Shown: positions 20,811 through 31,413, counted from the stretch's first letter. The stretch is DNA of 64,000 nt from Spirochaetia bacterium (GCA_963662265.2 CAXXHA010000011.1:128001-192000), one strand, 5' to 3'. Made by a program: numbers and translations. Notes: a model not told the origin generated them from the letters alone.

Positions 20811-22043
20811 TTAAAAAAGATTTATATCGTTTTTTAATTGGAGAATATTGTCCATCCATTTTCTTGATTCAGGATAATAACTGTCTGATGATGTAAGAAA
20901 TTCCATAAAAGATTTGTTGTAATTCCCCTGGTAAAAATAACACTGTCCAAGATAAAAAGAGGCTCTTTTATTGAGAGAATTCTGTCTGTTGTTTCTGATA
21001 AAGTCTTTAAGCTTCAATTCAAGGTTTTTCCAGTCTTCTTTGAAAAAATAACGGCTTAAGATTACTGTAAGCTGAATATTTTCCCTCTGGCTGTAGAAAT
21101 CTTCACTGTTTATTATTTCCGGTTCTGGTTTTTCCGGTTTTGGTTCATTTTCCAGTATATTTCTGACAAGATTTTCTGTATTTTTTCCCAGTTTTATTTC
21201 AGGGAAGAATTTTTCATATGCTGATGATATCTTTCTGCCTGTTTCTATGTTTATATCGAGATTTACTGCCGGAAGCGGTTCAGGTCTTAAAGGGATACTT
21301 TTTTTAAATACTGTTATTACCTTATCAGTAATTTTAATCTCGGAAGGTGTAAGAGTGGTATTTTCAAATGGGATTATATCCATATTGTAGGACTTGAGAA
21401 GCTCTGCATCTACAACAGTATAGTAGCATGGTATTCCTGCAACAGGAAAATCTGAATAGCTCTCCCTTCCTGAAGAAATTACAGACAGGAGATCTGATTT
21501 TTTAAGATCATCTGTTGTGAATATTGGTGTATGGCTCCTGAGAACAGCAGCGTTCCTGTCCGGATTGGAAGATCGGAATGTCAGATATAGAGAGTCTTCT
21601 TTTTCTGTTACCCGGAGGTATGTTATATAGGTGAGATTATCATCTATTTTTCTGATTTCAGAAATAGAAACTGGATAGGAAGTTACATTTCTGTATGGGA
21701 TGAATATATCATACTGTTTATTTTCAGCAGTTTTAAGAATAACAGAATAGTAGAAATCGGTTCCGGCCATTGCTGTATCTGTGTAGTTTTCAACACCAGA
21801 ATTGACTTCCGACACCAGAAAGGCATCTGAAAAATTATTCCTGCTTATTTTTTCTGTATGTCTGTATATTAAATATGTTCCTTTTGCATCTCCTGAATCT
21901 TTCCAAGTCAGTTTGATTGCTGAATTATCCTCAACAGCTTTCAGACGGGATATAAACGGGGCAAATACATAATTATCTGCAAAAGAAATACAGGATGGCA
22001 ATAAAAGAAAAATAATTATGACAGTAAGTCTGTATGATTTCAT
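20811..22043 (-). CDS. Exported hypothetical protein with FN3-like repeats and C-terminal TPR-like motif
   Basis: Signal peptide; two repeats (LTW..YLIYR..YTD..YYSV); ASFYLGQCYFY. Confidence 0.7.
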   Translation of the reverse strand: MKSYRLTVIIIFLLLPSCISFADNYVFAPFISRLKAVEDNSAIKLTWKDSGDAKGTYLIYRHTEKISRNNFSDAFLVSEVNSGVENYTDTAMAGTDFYYSVILKTAENKQYDIFIPYRNVTSYPVSISEIRKIDDNLTYITYLRVTEKEDSLYLTFRSSNPDRNAAVLRSHTPIFTTDDLKKSDLLSVISSGRESYSDFPVAGIPCYYTVVDAELLKSYNMDIIPFENTTLTPSEIKITDKVITVFKKSIPLRPEPLPAVNLDINIETGRKISSAYEKFFPEIKLGKNTENLVRNILENEPKPEKPEPEIINSEDFYSQRENIQLTVILSRYFFKEDWKNLELKLKDFIRNNRQNSLNKRASFYLGQCYFYQGNYNKSFMEFLTSSDSYYPESRKWMDNILQLKNDINLF

Positions 22044-22102
22044 AGATATATACCTGAATTATTTATCGGAATAAATAGTTGTAATCAAAAGTATAAAGGG
22101 GT

Positions 22103-22130
22103 TTGACAATAAAAAAAAATCATTTAAACT
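22103..22130 (+). promoter_or_regulatory. sigma70-type promoter, probably giving a leaderless cas2-like/prfB mRNA
   Basis: TTGACA (22103-22108), N16, TAAACT (22125-22130); ATG at 22137 with no SD. Confidence 0.6.
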
Positions 22131-22136
22131 ATAACC

Positions 22137-22406
22137 ATGTTTGTGTCAGTAACCTATGATCTCTCAGGAGAGGATTCAGTAAATAAAATAAAGGAAATCC
22201 TTGTATTTTATGGATTTAAGGAAGTCCTGGCAGGTGTTTTTGAATCGGAAAAGATAATGGAAAACACCCTGAAACGGTTGAAAAGGGATATCGATCGTAT
22301 AACTGATCATTTTGACAGAGTACGTTTTTATCAGTATCCTTATGAAGATAAAATGATTATAACCATGCTTGAAAAGAAAAGATGGAAAAGAATAATTTTG
22401 GAATGA
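22137..22406 (+). CDS. cas2: Orphan Cas2-like (Cas2/VapD fold) protein
   Basis: 89 aa; MFVSVTYDL...ILVFYGFKEV..GVFE...DRVRFY matches the Cas2 pattern xxVxYDI...LxxYGxxxQxSVFE...DxVxxY. Confidence 0.75.
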   Translation: MFVSVTYDLSGEDSVNKIKEILVFYGFKEVLAGVFESEKIMENTLKRLKRDIDRITDHFDRVRFYQYPYEDKMIITMLEKKRWKRIILE

Positions 22407-22416
22407 GGTATTAAAG

Positions 22417-23523
22417 ATGTTAATTGATTATCAGACACAGGTGAACAGGCTTTTTGAAGAGATAAATGAAACATGGAGGCATCTTTGACCCGGACGGGAT
22501 CAAGAAGGAAATAAAGAAATTAGAAGAAAAAAGTTATGATGAAAATTTCTGGAATGACCGGAAAGAAGCTGAAAAAGTTCTTACCGAAATAAAAAGGAAA
22601 AAAGAATCTTACGAACCCTGGGAGGAGCTGTTCAATTCAGTATCTGATACAAAAGAGTTACTGGAACTGGCGCTTGAAGAGGGAGATGAATCACAGGAAA
22701 ATGATATAAAATCAAGCTGTGAAGATATTGAGAAAAAATTTTCAGATATGAAGACTCTGCAGCTTTTAAGCGGTGAGATGGACCATGCTTCCGCCTTCAT
22801 GACAATCCATTCAGGGGCCGGTGGAACTGAGGCCTGTGACTGGGTAAGAATGCTCTACAGAATGTATACAAGGTGGGCCGAAAGAAAGGATATAAAGGTA
22901 GAAGTCATAGACCTGCTTGAGGCTGAGGGGGGGGATAAAATCTGTCACTATTCAGATGACTGGAAATTATGCCCACGGATATCTTCAGTCAGAATCCGGT
23001 ATACACCGCTTGGTAAGGATTTCCCCTTTTGATTCAAATGCAAGGCGACATACATCTTTTGCATCGGTGCATATATCTCCTGTAATTGATGATGATATTG
23101 AAATTGACATACGGCCGGATGATATCCGGATTGATACCTACAGGGCTCAGGGGGCAGGCGGCCAGCATGTCAACAAGACAGATTCAGCTGTCCGTATTAC
23201 TCACCATGAAACTGGAATTGTTGTGCAGTGCCAGAACGAAAGAAGCCAGCATAAAAACAAGGCCAATGCAATGAAAGTCCTTAAATCGCGGCTGTATGAA
23301 TATTACAGGGAAAAACAGGAAGAGGAAAATGAGAAATATGCCCAGGAAAAGAAAGATATTGCCTGGGGGAGTCAGATAAGGTCCTATGTTTTTCAGCCTT
23401 ATACAATGGTAAAAGGATCACAGGACAAAACTTGAAATAGGAAATATTCAGAGTGTGATGGATGGTAATATTGAACCGTTTATTGAAAAATACCTGAACT
23501 ATATCTGGAAAAACAAAGGATAA
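22417..23523 (+). CDS. prfB: Peptide chain release factor 2 with programmed +1 frameshift; two extra indels (G8 at 22927-22934, A4 at 23411-23414)
   Basis: ATG at 22417; GGAGG-CAT-CTT-TGA-C at 22475-22489; [38 protein letters not shown]. The C-terminus [15 protein letters not shown] is in another frame. Confidence 0.93.
22475..22489 (+). promoter_or_regulatory. prfB programmed +1 ribosomal frameshift site
   Basis: Internal SD GGAGG, 3 nt, then CTT TGA C: the canonical RF2 autoregulatory motif. Confidence 0.95.
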
Positions 23524-23894
23524 TGAAACCTAGAATTCTTAATTGCAGACGATTTGGAATTTGTCAGAGTCACAATCAGGGAAATAATTGAAAGACACGG
23601 ATGGACTGTTTCCGGGGAAGCGGAAAACGGGAAAACTGCCCTGTTTATGTATGAAAAAAACAGACCCGATATCCTGCTTCTTGATATATCAATGCCTGTA
23701 ATGAACGGGCTGACTGCCTTGAAGGATGCTGAAGGTATAAGTATCCGGAAGCTAAAGTTATAATGTGTTCGGCGCTGGGTCAGCAGAAATACATTGTCAA
23801 GGCAATTCAGCTCGGCGCAGCAGATTTTGTTGTTAAACCATTTAAGGCTGAAAGATTGATATCATCTATCAGCAAGGTAATGAGAAACAGCTGA
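23523..23894 (+). pseudogene. CheY-like single-domain response regulator with 2 or more indels (likely assembly errors)
   Basis: Fragments read MKPRIL-IADDLEFVR...LLDISMPVMNGL...YPEAKVIMCSALGQ...GAADFVVKPF across frames. Confidence 0.75.
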
Positions 23895-25333
23895 TGTTAT
23901 GTTCCGCACTGAAGAAAAAAATATTTATTTTTAATTTTTTTTTTCAGTTTCTTATTCCCTGTTTTCAGAAAAACTGATAATTCAGGATTCTGATGAATAC
24001 TGGAATATAGGAATAATTGATCTGGATACTCAGACAGATGGTATTAATAATTTTTTCGGCAAGTCTGTATCGGCCTATATACTCAACAGGCTCTCAGTCT
24101 GCGGCGATCATAGGCTGTCGGATGAAGAAGTTATAAAGCTGAAAGATTATTTAAAAAAGAAACGTCTTGAAGAACGAGAATCAGAATTTAAATGAAAAAC
24201 AGATCAGTTATGATAAGAAATAACTTTACAGATGAAAGAAACAGGAAAGACCTTAAAAATGATATAAAAGATATAAAAAAGCTTATAAAAAAGATAAACT
24301 GGTTCAAAACTGACCGTATAATGATGTAAAAAAAAACAAAAAAAATCAAGCTGACAGGCTCTGCCGGGAATGAAAAACTGGAAAAATGCGGAAAAAAACA
24401 GCTACTTTACAGAAAAGCCGAAGATAACAGCCTCGACTATATAATACATGGAAAAGTTAATATATTTGATGATTTTGTTTTTCACAGATATATCTTTATA
24501 CAGCCGCCTCGAAGACAGGGATATTTTACAGATTTTCAAGGGCTTTTGATATATAAAAGCTATTTCACTGAGCTTGATGATGCAATGAAACCTCTTTTTA
24601 CTACTGTACTTGGAAAGAGCTGGAGTTCAATCACAGTCAATACTTCAGATAACAATGCAGATATTTATATCGACGGGATATATTACGGCACAGGGAGTCT
24701 TTCCGGCAAGATTATTGATCCCGGCAGCCATGAAATAAGTATTTCAGGAACAGGTGTGGAGGAGAAAACTTATCCGGTTGTTCTGGAAGAAAACAGTCAT
24801 CTTGTGATAGGGGCTGATTCAGATTATGAAGAGGAAAAACTCATTGCTGTAAAATACTTTTCCCGATGGTGCAGATATATATTATGATTCGCTCTGGCAG
24901 GGAAAAAGCCCGGTAAATTGTGAACAGCAATGAAGGAGAAATATTTATACGGAAAGAGGGATTCCGTGAATCAAGGTTTCTGGTTGAAGAGATTGAAGAT
25001 GATTATATTGACTTTAACCTGTCCCCTGAACTGTTTTCACAGCAGGACTATCTTTTAAACAAGAGGGATAGTTTTTACAGGAACCTGTCCTGGTTTGTTC
25101 TTTCCGCGCCATTACCTTTTTTCATGTTTGCTGTTTTAAATGATTATACAAATTCATACAACAGCGCAGTGTCTTCAGGTACAAGCCAGTCCGAAATTGA
25201 CCGCTTGGAAAAAATCAGGAATTACTGTTATTATGGTTATTACGGAACTTTGTTTATAAGTATCAGTCTGTTTGTTAATATGATTTTCCATCTTAATGAT
25301 TATATTGAAGCAGGTGATATTCTGAAAGAATGA
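23894..25333 (+). pseudogene. PEGA-domain exported/membrane protein, fragmented by several indels
   Basis: Fragment 24546-24887 has the PEGA-like NADIYIDGIYYG..PGSHEISIS; 24920-25333 carries C-terminal TM helices; frames break at A/T homopolymers. Confidence 0.6.
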
Positions 25334-25433
25334 AAAAAACTTGTTTTTTTTCATAAGCGGCAGAGACTTCCTGGAAGGAAGTGCTCGGAAGCGGTAAGGA
25401 AGAATGAAAAAAACTTGTTTTTTTTCATAAGCG
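25326..25433. repeat. Two identical palindromic 34-bp direct repeats separated by 40 bp
   Basis: AAGAATGAAAAAAACTTGTTTTTTTTCATAAGCG at 25326-25359 and 25400-25433. Confidence 0.9.
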
Positions 25434-25476
25434 ACAGGGCTTTAGTGAAAAGCTCTAAAGTGATACAGGAGAAAAA

Positions 25477-26346
25477 ATGAAAAATCTTGGTAGTCGACTA
25501 AAGGAAATATTCGGATTCGCAAAAATTGATGAAGAATTTTATTATGATATAGAGGATGCTCTTGTTGAATCAGATATTGGAGCATCCATGTCTGTAAAAA
25601 TTGTTGATACTCTTAAGCAGGAAGCATCAAGCAGGAAAATATCTGATAAAAATGAGCTTCTCGGGGTACTGAAGGAGATCATGTCTGAGCAGGTCCTCGA
25701 CTGTAAACTGACACCTGCTGAAGATGATTTAAGCCTTTTTCTTTTTCTCGGGGTAAACGGTGTAGGGAAAACAACTACAATTGCAAAAGTTGCAAATTTA
25801 TTCAAGGAAAAGATACCTGGTGCAGGAATTGTCCTCTCTGCCGGAGATACATTCAGGGCAGCTGCGATAGACCAGCTTAAGCTTCACGGAGAACGGCTGA
25901 GCCTTAGGGTTGTTCATCAGTCTCACGGTTCAGACCCCGGTGCTGTTATTTTTGATACAATAGAAAGTGCAAAATCAAAAGGGGATAAAATTATTCTTGC
26001 CGATACTGCAGGCAGAATGCATAACAAGGCAAACCTTGTAAAAGAGCTTCAGAAAATCGATAAGATTATCAGGGGAAAGATAAAAGAGGAGAATTACAAG
26101 AAAATACTTATTATTGATTCCACTACAGGTCAGAATGGTGTTAACCAGGCTGAAATATTCAATGAAGCTGTAGGTATTGATGCAATAATAATGACAAAAT
26201 ATGATTCTGCAGCAAAGGGGGGAATAGCTGTTTCCATTTCAGGAAAGCTGGGAATACCTTTTGCATTTACCGGGACAGGTGAGAAATATGGCGATATACA
26301 GGAATTCAGCAAGGATAAATACCTTGATTCGCTGTTAAATGTTTAG
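25477..26346 (+). CDS. ftsY: SRP receptor FtsY (NG domain only)
   Basis: GVNGVGKTTTIAK, GDTFRAAAIDQL, DTAGR, TKYDSAAKGG. Confidence 0.96.
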   Translation: MKNLGSRLKEIFGFAKIDEEFYYDIEDALVESDIGASMSVKIVDTLKQEASSRKISDKNELLGVLKEIMSEQVLDCKLTPAEDDLSLFLFLGVNGVGKTTTIAKVANLFKEKIPGAGIVLSAGDTFRAAAIDQLKLHGERLSLRVVHQSHGSDPGAVIFDTIESAKSKGDKIILADTAGRMHNKANLVKELQKIDKIIRGKIKEENYKKILIIDSTTGQNGVNQAEIFNEAVGIDAIIMTKYDSAAKGGIAVSISGKLGIPFAFTGTGEKYGDIQEFSKDKYLDSLLNV

Positions 26347-27382
26347 AAACCTGATTCTATTTACATTTTTATTATATTCCGCAGTACCAGGCTATAGCCA
26401 GCAGTATTACAGGTCAAACAGCATTGGGATGCCTCTTGAGAAGCTTGGAAAATACAGATCTGAAATGCTTACATCAGAATATATACTTGAAATCAGCCGG
26501 TCTGGTTCTTCTGAGAAGAGGGTGCTTCTTAAAAATGGTGAGATTATAAAAAAATGGGAAATTGTTTTAAACAGCTTTGGTGAAGTTGTAAAAGAAATAT
26601 TTTATGAAGGTGAAAGAAAAACTGTAACAAATTACAGGTCAGGCCATATTCTGGATAAAGAAGAATATTCAGGCGGAGAACTGGAAGGCAGAAGCAGGTA
26701 TATTTATACTGCAGCAGGCAGAATGTCATCAATTGAAGAATATGACAGCAGCGGAAGCCTTATATTGAAAAGAGAATATATTAACCCTGAATCAGGTCGG
26801 ATCAGCAGGATAGGGACAGAATCAGCTTCTGATAACAGGGAAGATATTTCCAGTTACAGCTTTTCAGGTACTGATGTAAGATATGAATGGCAGGGGAATT
26901 CCGAAGGGACCGGACGTTATTTTTATTACAGTTCAGGCAGGGTTGTTTATATGGAGAAATGGTCTCTTAACAGCCTGGTTTCCCGGACTGATTATTTTTA
27001 TGATGACGATGTACTTGAACAGACAGTTGAAAGAATATTTTCCGGCAACATTGAAATATTGAAAAACTATGATGAAAAAAGAAGGGTAGTTTCAGAGACT
27101 GAAAAGAAAGGTGATGAAATCTTTAGAAAAGTGCATAACACTTATGACGGGGAAAATATTTCAAAGAAAGTTGTTTCTTCTGATAGCGGAACTGAAAAAT
27201 ATCTTTATAATTATTCTGATGATAAACTGTCAAGCGAGCTTTATTATTTCAACGGGAGCCTGAGGAAAAAAACTGTCTACCAGGAAGGGGATGGTAATTA
27301 TTTTGAAGATCTGTATTCCGAAAATGTGAAATACATGAGAATATATTATAAAGACAGTGAGAAATACAAGACAGAAAGATGA
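26339..27382 (+). CDS. Exported hypothetical protein with Tyr-rich beta repeats (YD/MORN-like)
   Basis: Signal peptide; periodic Y..G.L motifs; overlaps ftsY and the next gene. Confidence 0.7.
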   Translation: MFRNLILFTFLLYSAVPGYSQQYYRSNSIGMPLEKLGKYRSEMLTSEYILEISRSGSSEKRVLLKNGEIIKKWEIVLNSFGEVVKEIFYEGERKTVTNYRSGHILDKEEYSGGELEGRSRYIYTAAGRMSSIEEYDSSGSLILKREYINPESGRISRIGTESASDNREDISSYSFSGTDVRYEWQGNSEGTGRYFYYSSGRVVYMEKWSLNSLVSRTDYFYDDDVLEQTVERIFSGNIEILKNYDEKRRVVSETEKKGDEIFRKVHNTYDGENISKKVVSSDSGTEKYLYNYSDDKLSSELYYFNGSLRKKTVYQEGDGNYFEDLYSENVKYMRIYYKDSEKYKTER

Positions 27383-28665
27383 TTGAAAAATGGGCGCTAT
27401 TTATAGCTGAAAAATATATTAAAAAAGGGCAAAATGAAAGGCGCAATACAACAATGCGGCTTTCAATTACAGGAATAGCGGCAGGTGTAATTACACTGAT
27501 TGCTGTTATATCTGTAATGAACGGCCTGCAGATGGGATATATAGATGATATTCTTGAAATCTCCTCATATCATATACAGATTCCCGATTACACAGCTGAA
27601 AAATATCCGGATATCGGAAAAATAAGGGGAATTAAAAAAACAGTACCTTTTCTTGATATACAGAGCCTTGTTCAGGGAAACAGGAGCCGCCTGGATCCTG
27701 TAATGCTGAGAGCTGTTGATGAGGACGCAGTTATGGATGACAGCAGTTTTCTCAATCAGATTGGAATGGTTGAAGGTGATTTTTCTCTTACGGACAGGAG
27801 TATTGTTGTCGGTTTCGAACTTGCAAGAATGCTGCGGCTTGAAATCGGAGACAGGGTTAACCTGATGATGCTTTCAGGTAAATCATTTAAAAAGCTTACT
27901 CCCGATCTTCATGAATTCACTGTATCAGCTGTTTTCAAGAGCGGATATTATGAATATGACAGAAACCTTGCATTTATATCACTGAAGTCAGGTTTTCTTA
28001 TCAATGCAGATTCAGATAAAACCAGTAAACTGGGTATAAAAATAAACAATATATATAAAGACAGGGAAGTTATTTCCGCATTAAGGGATAAATATGGTGA
28101 AGAAACCGGGGCTGTTTCCTGGAGAGACTATAACAGATCATTTTTCAGTGCGCTGAGAATGGAAAAAATATCAATGATGCTTCTTATAGGGCTTATTTTT
28201 GTTGTAATCGGCGTTAATATATATAATTCCATTAAGCGTTCTGTCTCTGAAAAAATGGAGGATATTGCTGTAATATATGCTGTCGGGGGATCTGAGAAGT
28301 CTGTTAAGAGAATATTTCTTGCTGAAGGTTTTCTGATCGGCTTTACCGGGGGACTTATCGGCACTGCAGCAGGTCTTCTCATAATAGTTAACCTTGATTT
28401 TATATTTGCTGCGACAGGAGTTGTTCTGCAGTATGCTGCAGATTTAATAATGCATGTTTTTGCTGTCTCTGATCTTCTCCCATACGTGGAAATATCAATA
28501 TTTCCGGAAAGTTATTTTTATCTTACTGAAGTTCCCTACAGAATACTTCTTCATGAAGTTGTATTAATATTTCTCTTTGCAGTAATGTCTGCAGTATGTT
28601 CAGCATATTTTGCATCCAGGAAAATATCTGTTGAAACACCGGCTGAATATCTGAGGTATGAATAG
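27379..28665 (+). CDS. Lipoprotein-releasing ABC permease, LolC/E family
   Basis: GIAAGVITLIAVISVMNG, EKISMMLL, C-terminal PAEYLRYE. Confidence 0.88.
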   Translation: MIEKWALFIAEKYIKKGQNERRNTTMRLSITGIAAGVITLIAVISVMNGLQMGYIDDILEISSYHIQIPDYTAEKYPDIGKIRGIKKTVPFLDIQSLVQGNRSRLDPVMLRAVDEDAVMDDSSFLNQIGMVEGDFSLTDRSIVVGFELARMLRLEIGDRVNLMMLSGKSFKKLTPDLHEFTVSAVFKSGYYEYDRNLAFISLKSGFLINADSDKTSKLGIKINNIYKDREVISALRDKYGEETGAVSWRDYNRSFFSALRMEKISMMLLIGLIFVVIGVNIYNSIKRSVSEKMEDIAVIYAVGGSEKSVKRIFLAEGFLIGFTGGLIGTAAGLLIIVNLDFIFAATGVVLQYAADLIMHVFAVSDLLPYVEISIFPESYFYLTEVPYRILLHEVVLIFLFAVMSAVCSAYFASRKISVETPAEYLRYE

Positions 28666-29340
28666 ATGAGTTTGCTAGAAATAAGAAACCTTGTGAAAAT
28701 TTATGACAACGGGTCAGAAGAACTTAAAATTCTGAATAATATTGATCTTGATCTCGATAGAGGAGACAACCTTGTCATAACCGGAGAGAGCGGCTGCGGT
28801 AAAAGCACGCTTCTTAATATAATCGGTTCGCTTGATAAGGCGCAGAGCGGAACTGTAAGGGTAGGTGATACTTTTGTATCAGAGCTTAAAGAGGAAGATC
28901 TTTACAGCTACAGGAATAATACGGTTGGATTTATTTTCCAGTTTCATTACCTTTTAAAAGAACTCACAGCTGTTGAAAACGTGATGTTCCCACTCTTTAT
29001 ATCAGGTGTGCCCAGGAAAGAGGCGATTGATAAGGCTGAGCACCTTCTGGAGCGGGTTAATCTGTACGGCAGGAAGGATCATTATTCAAGACAGCTGTCA
29101 GGCGGAGAAAGGCAGAGAGTTGCTGTTGCAAGGGCAATGATAAATGATCCTGAACTGATACTTGCAGATGAACCGACAGGAAACCTTGATGCAGACAATT
29201 CTGATATTGTGGAAAACCTTCTATTCAGGCTTGTGGAGGAAAACAATACAACACTGGTGCTGGTGACACATGATGCAGCTATTGCAAAAAGGGGCAGCAG
29301 GCGAATTACAATAGACAAGGGAAATCTGCACATATTATGA
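28666..29340 (+). CDS. lolD: Lipoprotein-releasing ABC ATPase LolD
   Basis: GESGCGKST, GFIFQFHYLL, LSGGERQRVAVARA, ADEPTGNLD. Confidence 0.9.
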   Translation: MSLLEIRNLVKIYDNGSEELKILNNIDLDLDRGDNLVITGESGCGKSTLLNIIGSLDKAQSGTVRVGDTFVSELKEEDLYSYRNNTVGFIFQFHYLLKELTAVENVMFPLFISGVPRKEAIDKAEHLLERVNLYGRKDHYSRQLSGGERQRVAVARAMINDPELILADEPTGNLDADNSDIVENLLFRLVEENNTTLVLVTHDAAIAKRGSRRITIDKGNLHIL

Positions 29341-30641
29341 GAATACGGGGGCCTATATACCTTTCCTTTAAAAATATATACAAAAGCCGGAAAAGCGACC
29401 TGTTCAGGCACATAAGGGGAGCTGTGCTCGGAATTGCACTCAGCCTGATACCTCTCATAGTAGTGCTTCAGATATCAGACGGAATGATTCAGGGAATTAC
29501 AGGCAGGTATATTGAAATAGGAAGCTATCATTTTCAGGTTAAACAGCTGTCAAGAAGGTCTGAGTATACTTTTTCCGAAATTGCCGAAATTGTTAATAAA
29601 AATGATCATGTTGAAAATGCATTTGTTTTTATTACAGGAACATCTCTCGCATATACTGAACATGGGAGAACAGGTCTTGCCATCCGCGGAATTCCTGAAA
29701 ATCTGTACAGAAACGACAGCAGTATGAAAAAATACCTTGAAGTTGTGGCTGGGGAATTTGACCTGTCTGATGACAGAAATATTGTACTTTCGGCAACTAT
29801 TGCAGAAAAACTGGGAGCGGAAGCAGGTGATGAACTTAAAATCCTCACTGCCTATTCTCTTCCCGGGCGGCCTCCGCTTTTAAAACCGTCCCGGTTCAAG
29901 GTACAGGGTATTGTGACAACCGGTTACAATGATCTGGATGATACTGTTGTATTTATAAAAGATACAAGGGCTGAGAGAATATTCAGGGACAATAACAGCC
30001 GGAGAGTAGGAATAAAGGTTAAAAACCCGTATAAAAACACTGCAGCTGTGGGGAGGTCAATAAAATCTTCAATACCTCCCGAATATTTCCTCATGAGCTG
30101 GGAAAGGATAAATTACACTTTCTACAAGAGTCTTGAAACAACAAAAAAACTTCTTATTTTTATTATGTTCCTGATTCTTGGAGTTGCATCTGTTAACATA
30201 TCCTCTTCAATGATTATGATGGTTCATTCTGCAAGGAAAGAGATTGCAGTTCTGAAAAGTGTAGGTGTTTCATCTTCAGAAATTGTTCTTACATACATGA
30301 TTACAGGCTTTTTCATAGGCGCATCAGGGACTTTTGCAGGTACTGTCACAGGTATTATGTGTTCCCTTAAAATCAATGAAATAATAAATTTCATCGAAGT
30401 AATGCTTAATAAATCAAATTATATAATCTGGAAAATAACCGGGAGCTTCACAGGAGTCTCATATAACCCGTATAAAATACTGAATTCAGGATATTACCTG
30501 GAAAAAATACCTGTTAATCTTAATTTTACTGAGATATACCTGGTTGCTGTTGTATCTGTATTGCTTGCAGTAGGCGCATCGTGTATTCCGTCATTAAAGG
30601 CGGGAAAAATCAGGCCTGTTGAAATATTTCAGAAATACTGA
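29337..30641 (+). CDS. Lipoprotein-releasing ABC permease, LolC/E family
   Basis: FtsX/MacB-type layout, EIAVLKSVG, YYLEKIPV. Confidence 0.85.
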   Translation: MRIRGPIYLSFKNIYKSRKSDLFRHIRGAVLGIALSLIPLIVVLQISDGMIQGITGRYIEIGSYHFQVKQLSRRSEYTFSEIAEIVNKNDHVENAFVFITGTSLAYTEHGRTGLAIRGIPENLYRNDSSMKKYLEVVAGEFDLSDDRNIVLSATIAEKLGAEAGDELKILTAYSLPGRPPLLKPSRFKVQGIVTTGYNDLDDTVVFIKDTRAERIFRDNNSRRVGIKVKNPYKNTAAVGRSIKSSIPPEYFLMSWERINYTFYKSLETTKKLLIFIMFLILGVASVNISSSMIMMVHSARKEIAVLKSVGVSSSEIVLTYMITGFFIGASGTFAGTVTGIMCSLKINEIINFIEVMLNKSNYIIWKITGSFTGVSYNPYKILNSGYYLEKIPVNLNFTEIYLVAVVSVLLAVGASCIPSLKAGKIRPVEIFQKY

Positions 30642-30909
30642 TTTTCCTGTTATTATCAGTTTTTCTGCATGGATATTTTGTAACAAGGGAATCTCTAAAA
30701 AATATTTTTCTCGACAAACAGTCCAATTTTTACTAATTTATAATTAAGATATAATAAGAGTTTTTTTATTTGCAATATTGGTAAAAGAAGCAGTCTATGA
30801 AACAGAAGCTTTTAAATGCTTAGATATTCATTATCTTATGGATAGCGGAATATTGCCTGAATAAGAATACTCATCTGAAGATCTGCAGGGGAATTACAGG
30901 CGGTAGTAA

Positions 30910-31410
30910 ATGAAATGCGATATTTGCGGCAGCAGCAAAGCTGTAATACATATTCAACAGATATTTGAAAATACAGAAATAAATATAAAAATATGTGAAA
31001 AATGCGCCCGGGATAAGGGGCTGACCCTCGATAACAGGGAAATAGGCAGAAACCTGAAAGTGCTTCTTTCAAATTTCGAGCAGATAAAAAAAGTAATAGA
31101 TACAAAGAATGAAAAAAGAAGGTGCCCGGTCTGCGGTACCGAGTTTAATGTCCTGAAAAAGGACTGCAGGGCAGGCTGTGCTTCATGCTACAGTGAATTT
31201 GAAAATTATCTTGAAAATTTTTACAAAAGCACTGCCGGAAGTTCGGAACACAAAGGTAAATATCCGGGAAAAGTTGCTCTTTTAATAAGAAAAAAACAGA
31301 ACTATGCAAGGCTGGAAAAGGAACTTGAAGATGCTGTCAGCAATGAAAATTATGAAAAGGCTGCTGTACTCAGAGACCGGATCAAGTTTATGGGAAATTA
31401 TATAGATTAG
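30910..31410 (+). CDS. mcsA: McsA (UvrB/UvrC motif protein)
   Basis: Four CxxC pairs, HKGKYP, AVSNENYEKAAVLRDRI. Confidence 0.9.
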   Translation: MKCDICGSSKAVIHIQQIFENTEINIKICEKCARDKGLTLDNREIGRNLKVLLSNFEQIKKVIDTKNEKRRCPVCGTEFNVLKKDCRAGCASCYSEFENYLENFYKSTAGSSEHKGKYPGKVALLIRKKQNYARLEKELEDAVSNENYEKAAVLRDRIKFMGNYID

Positions 31411-31413
31411 AAG

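Noticed and set aside
22137-25433. Functional CRISPR-Cas locus
   Set aside because: No cas1 or effector genes; only two repeats, without a typical CRISPR terminus or leader.
30642-30909. ctsR gene or CtsR operator upstream of mcsA
   Set aside because: No ORF resembling CtsR and no GTCAAA-N-GTCAAA direct repeat.
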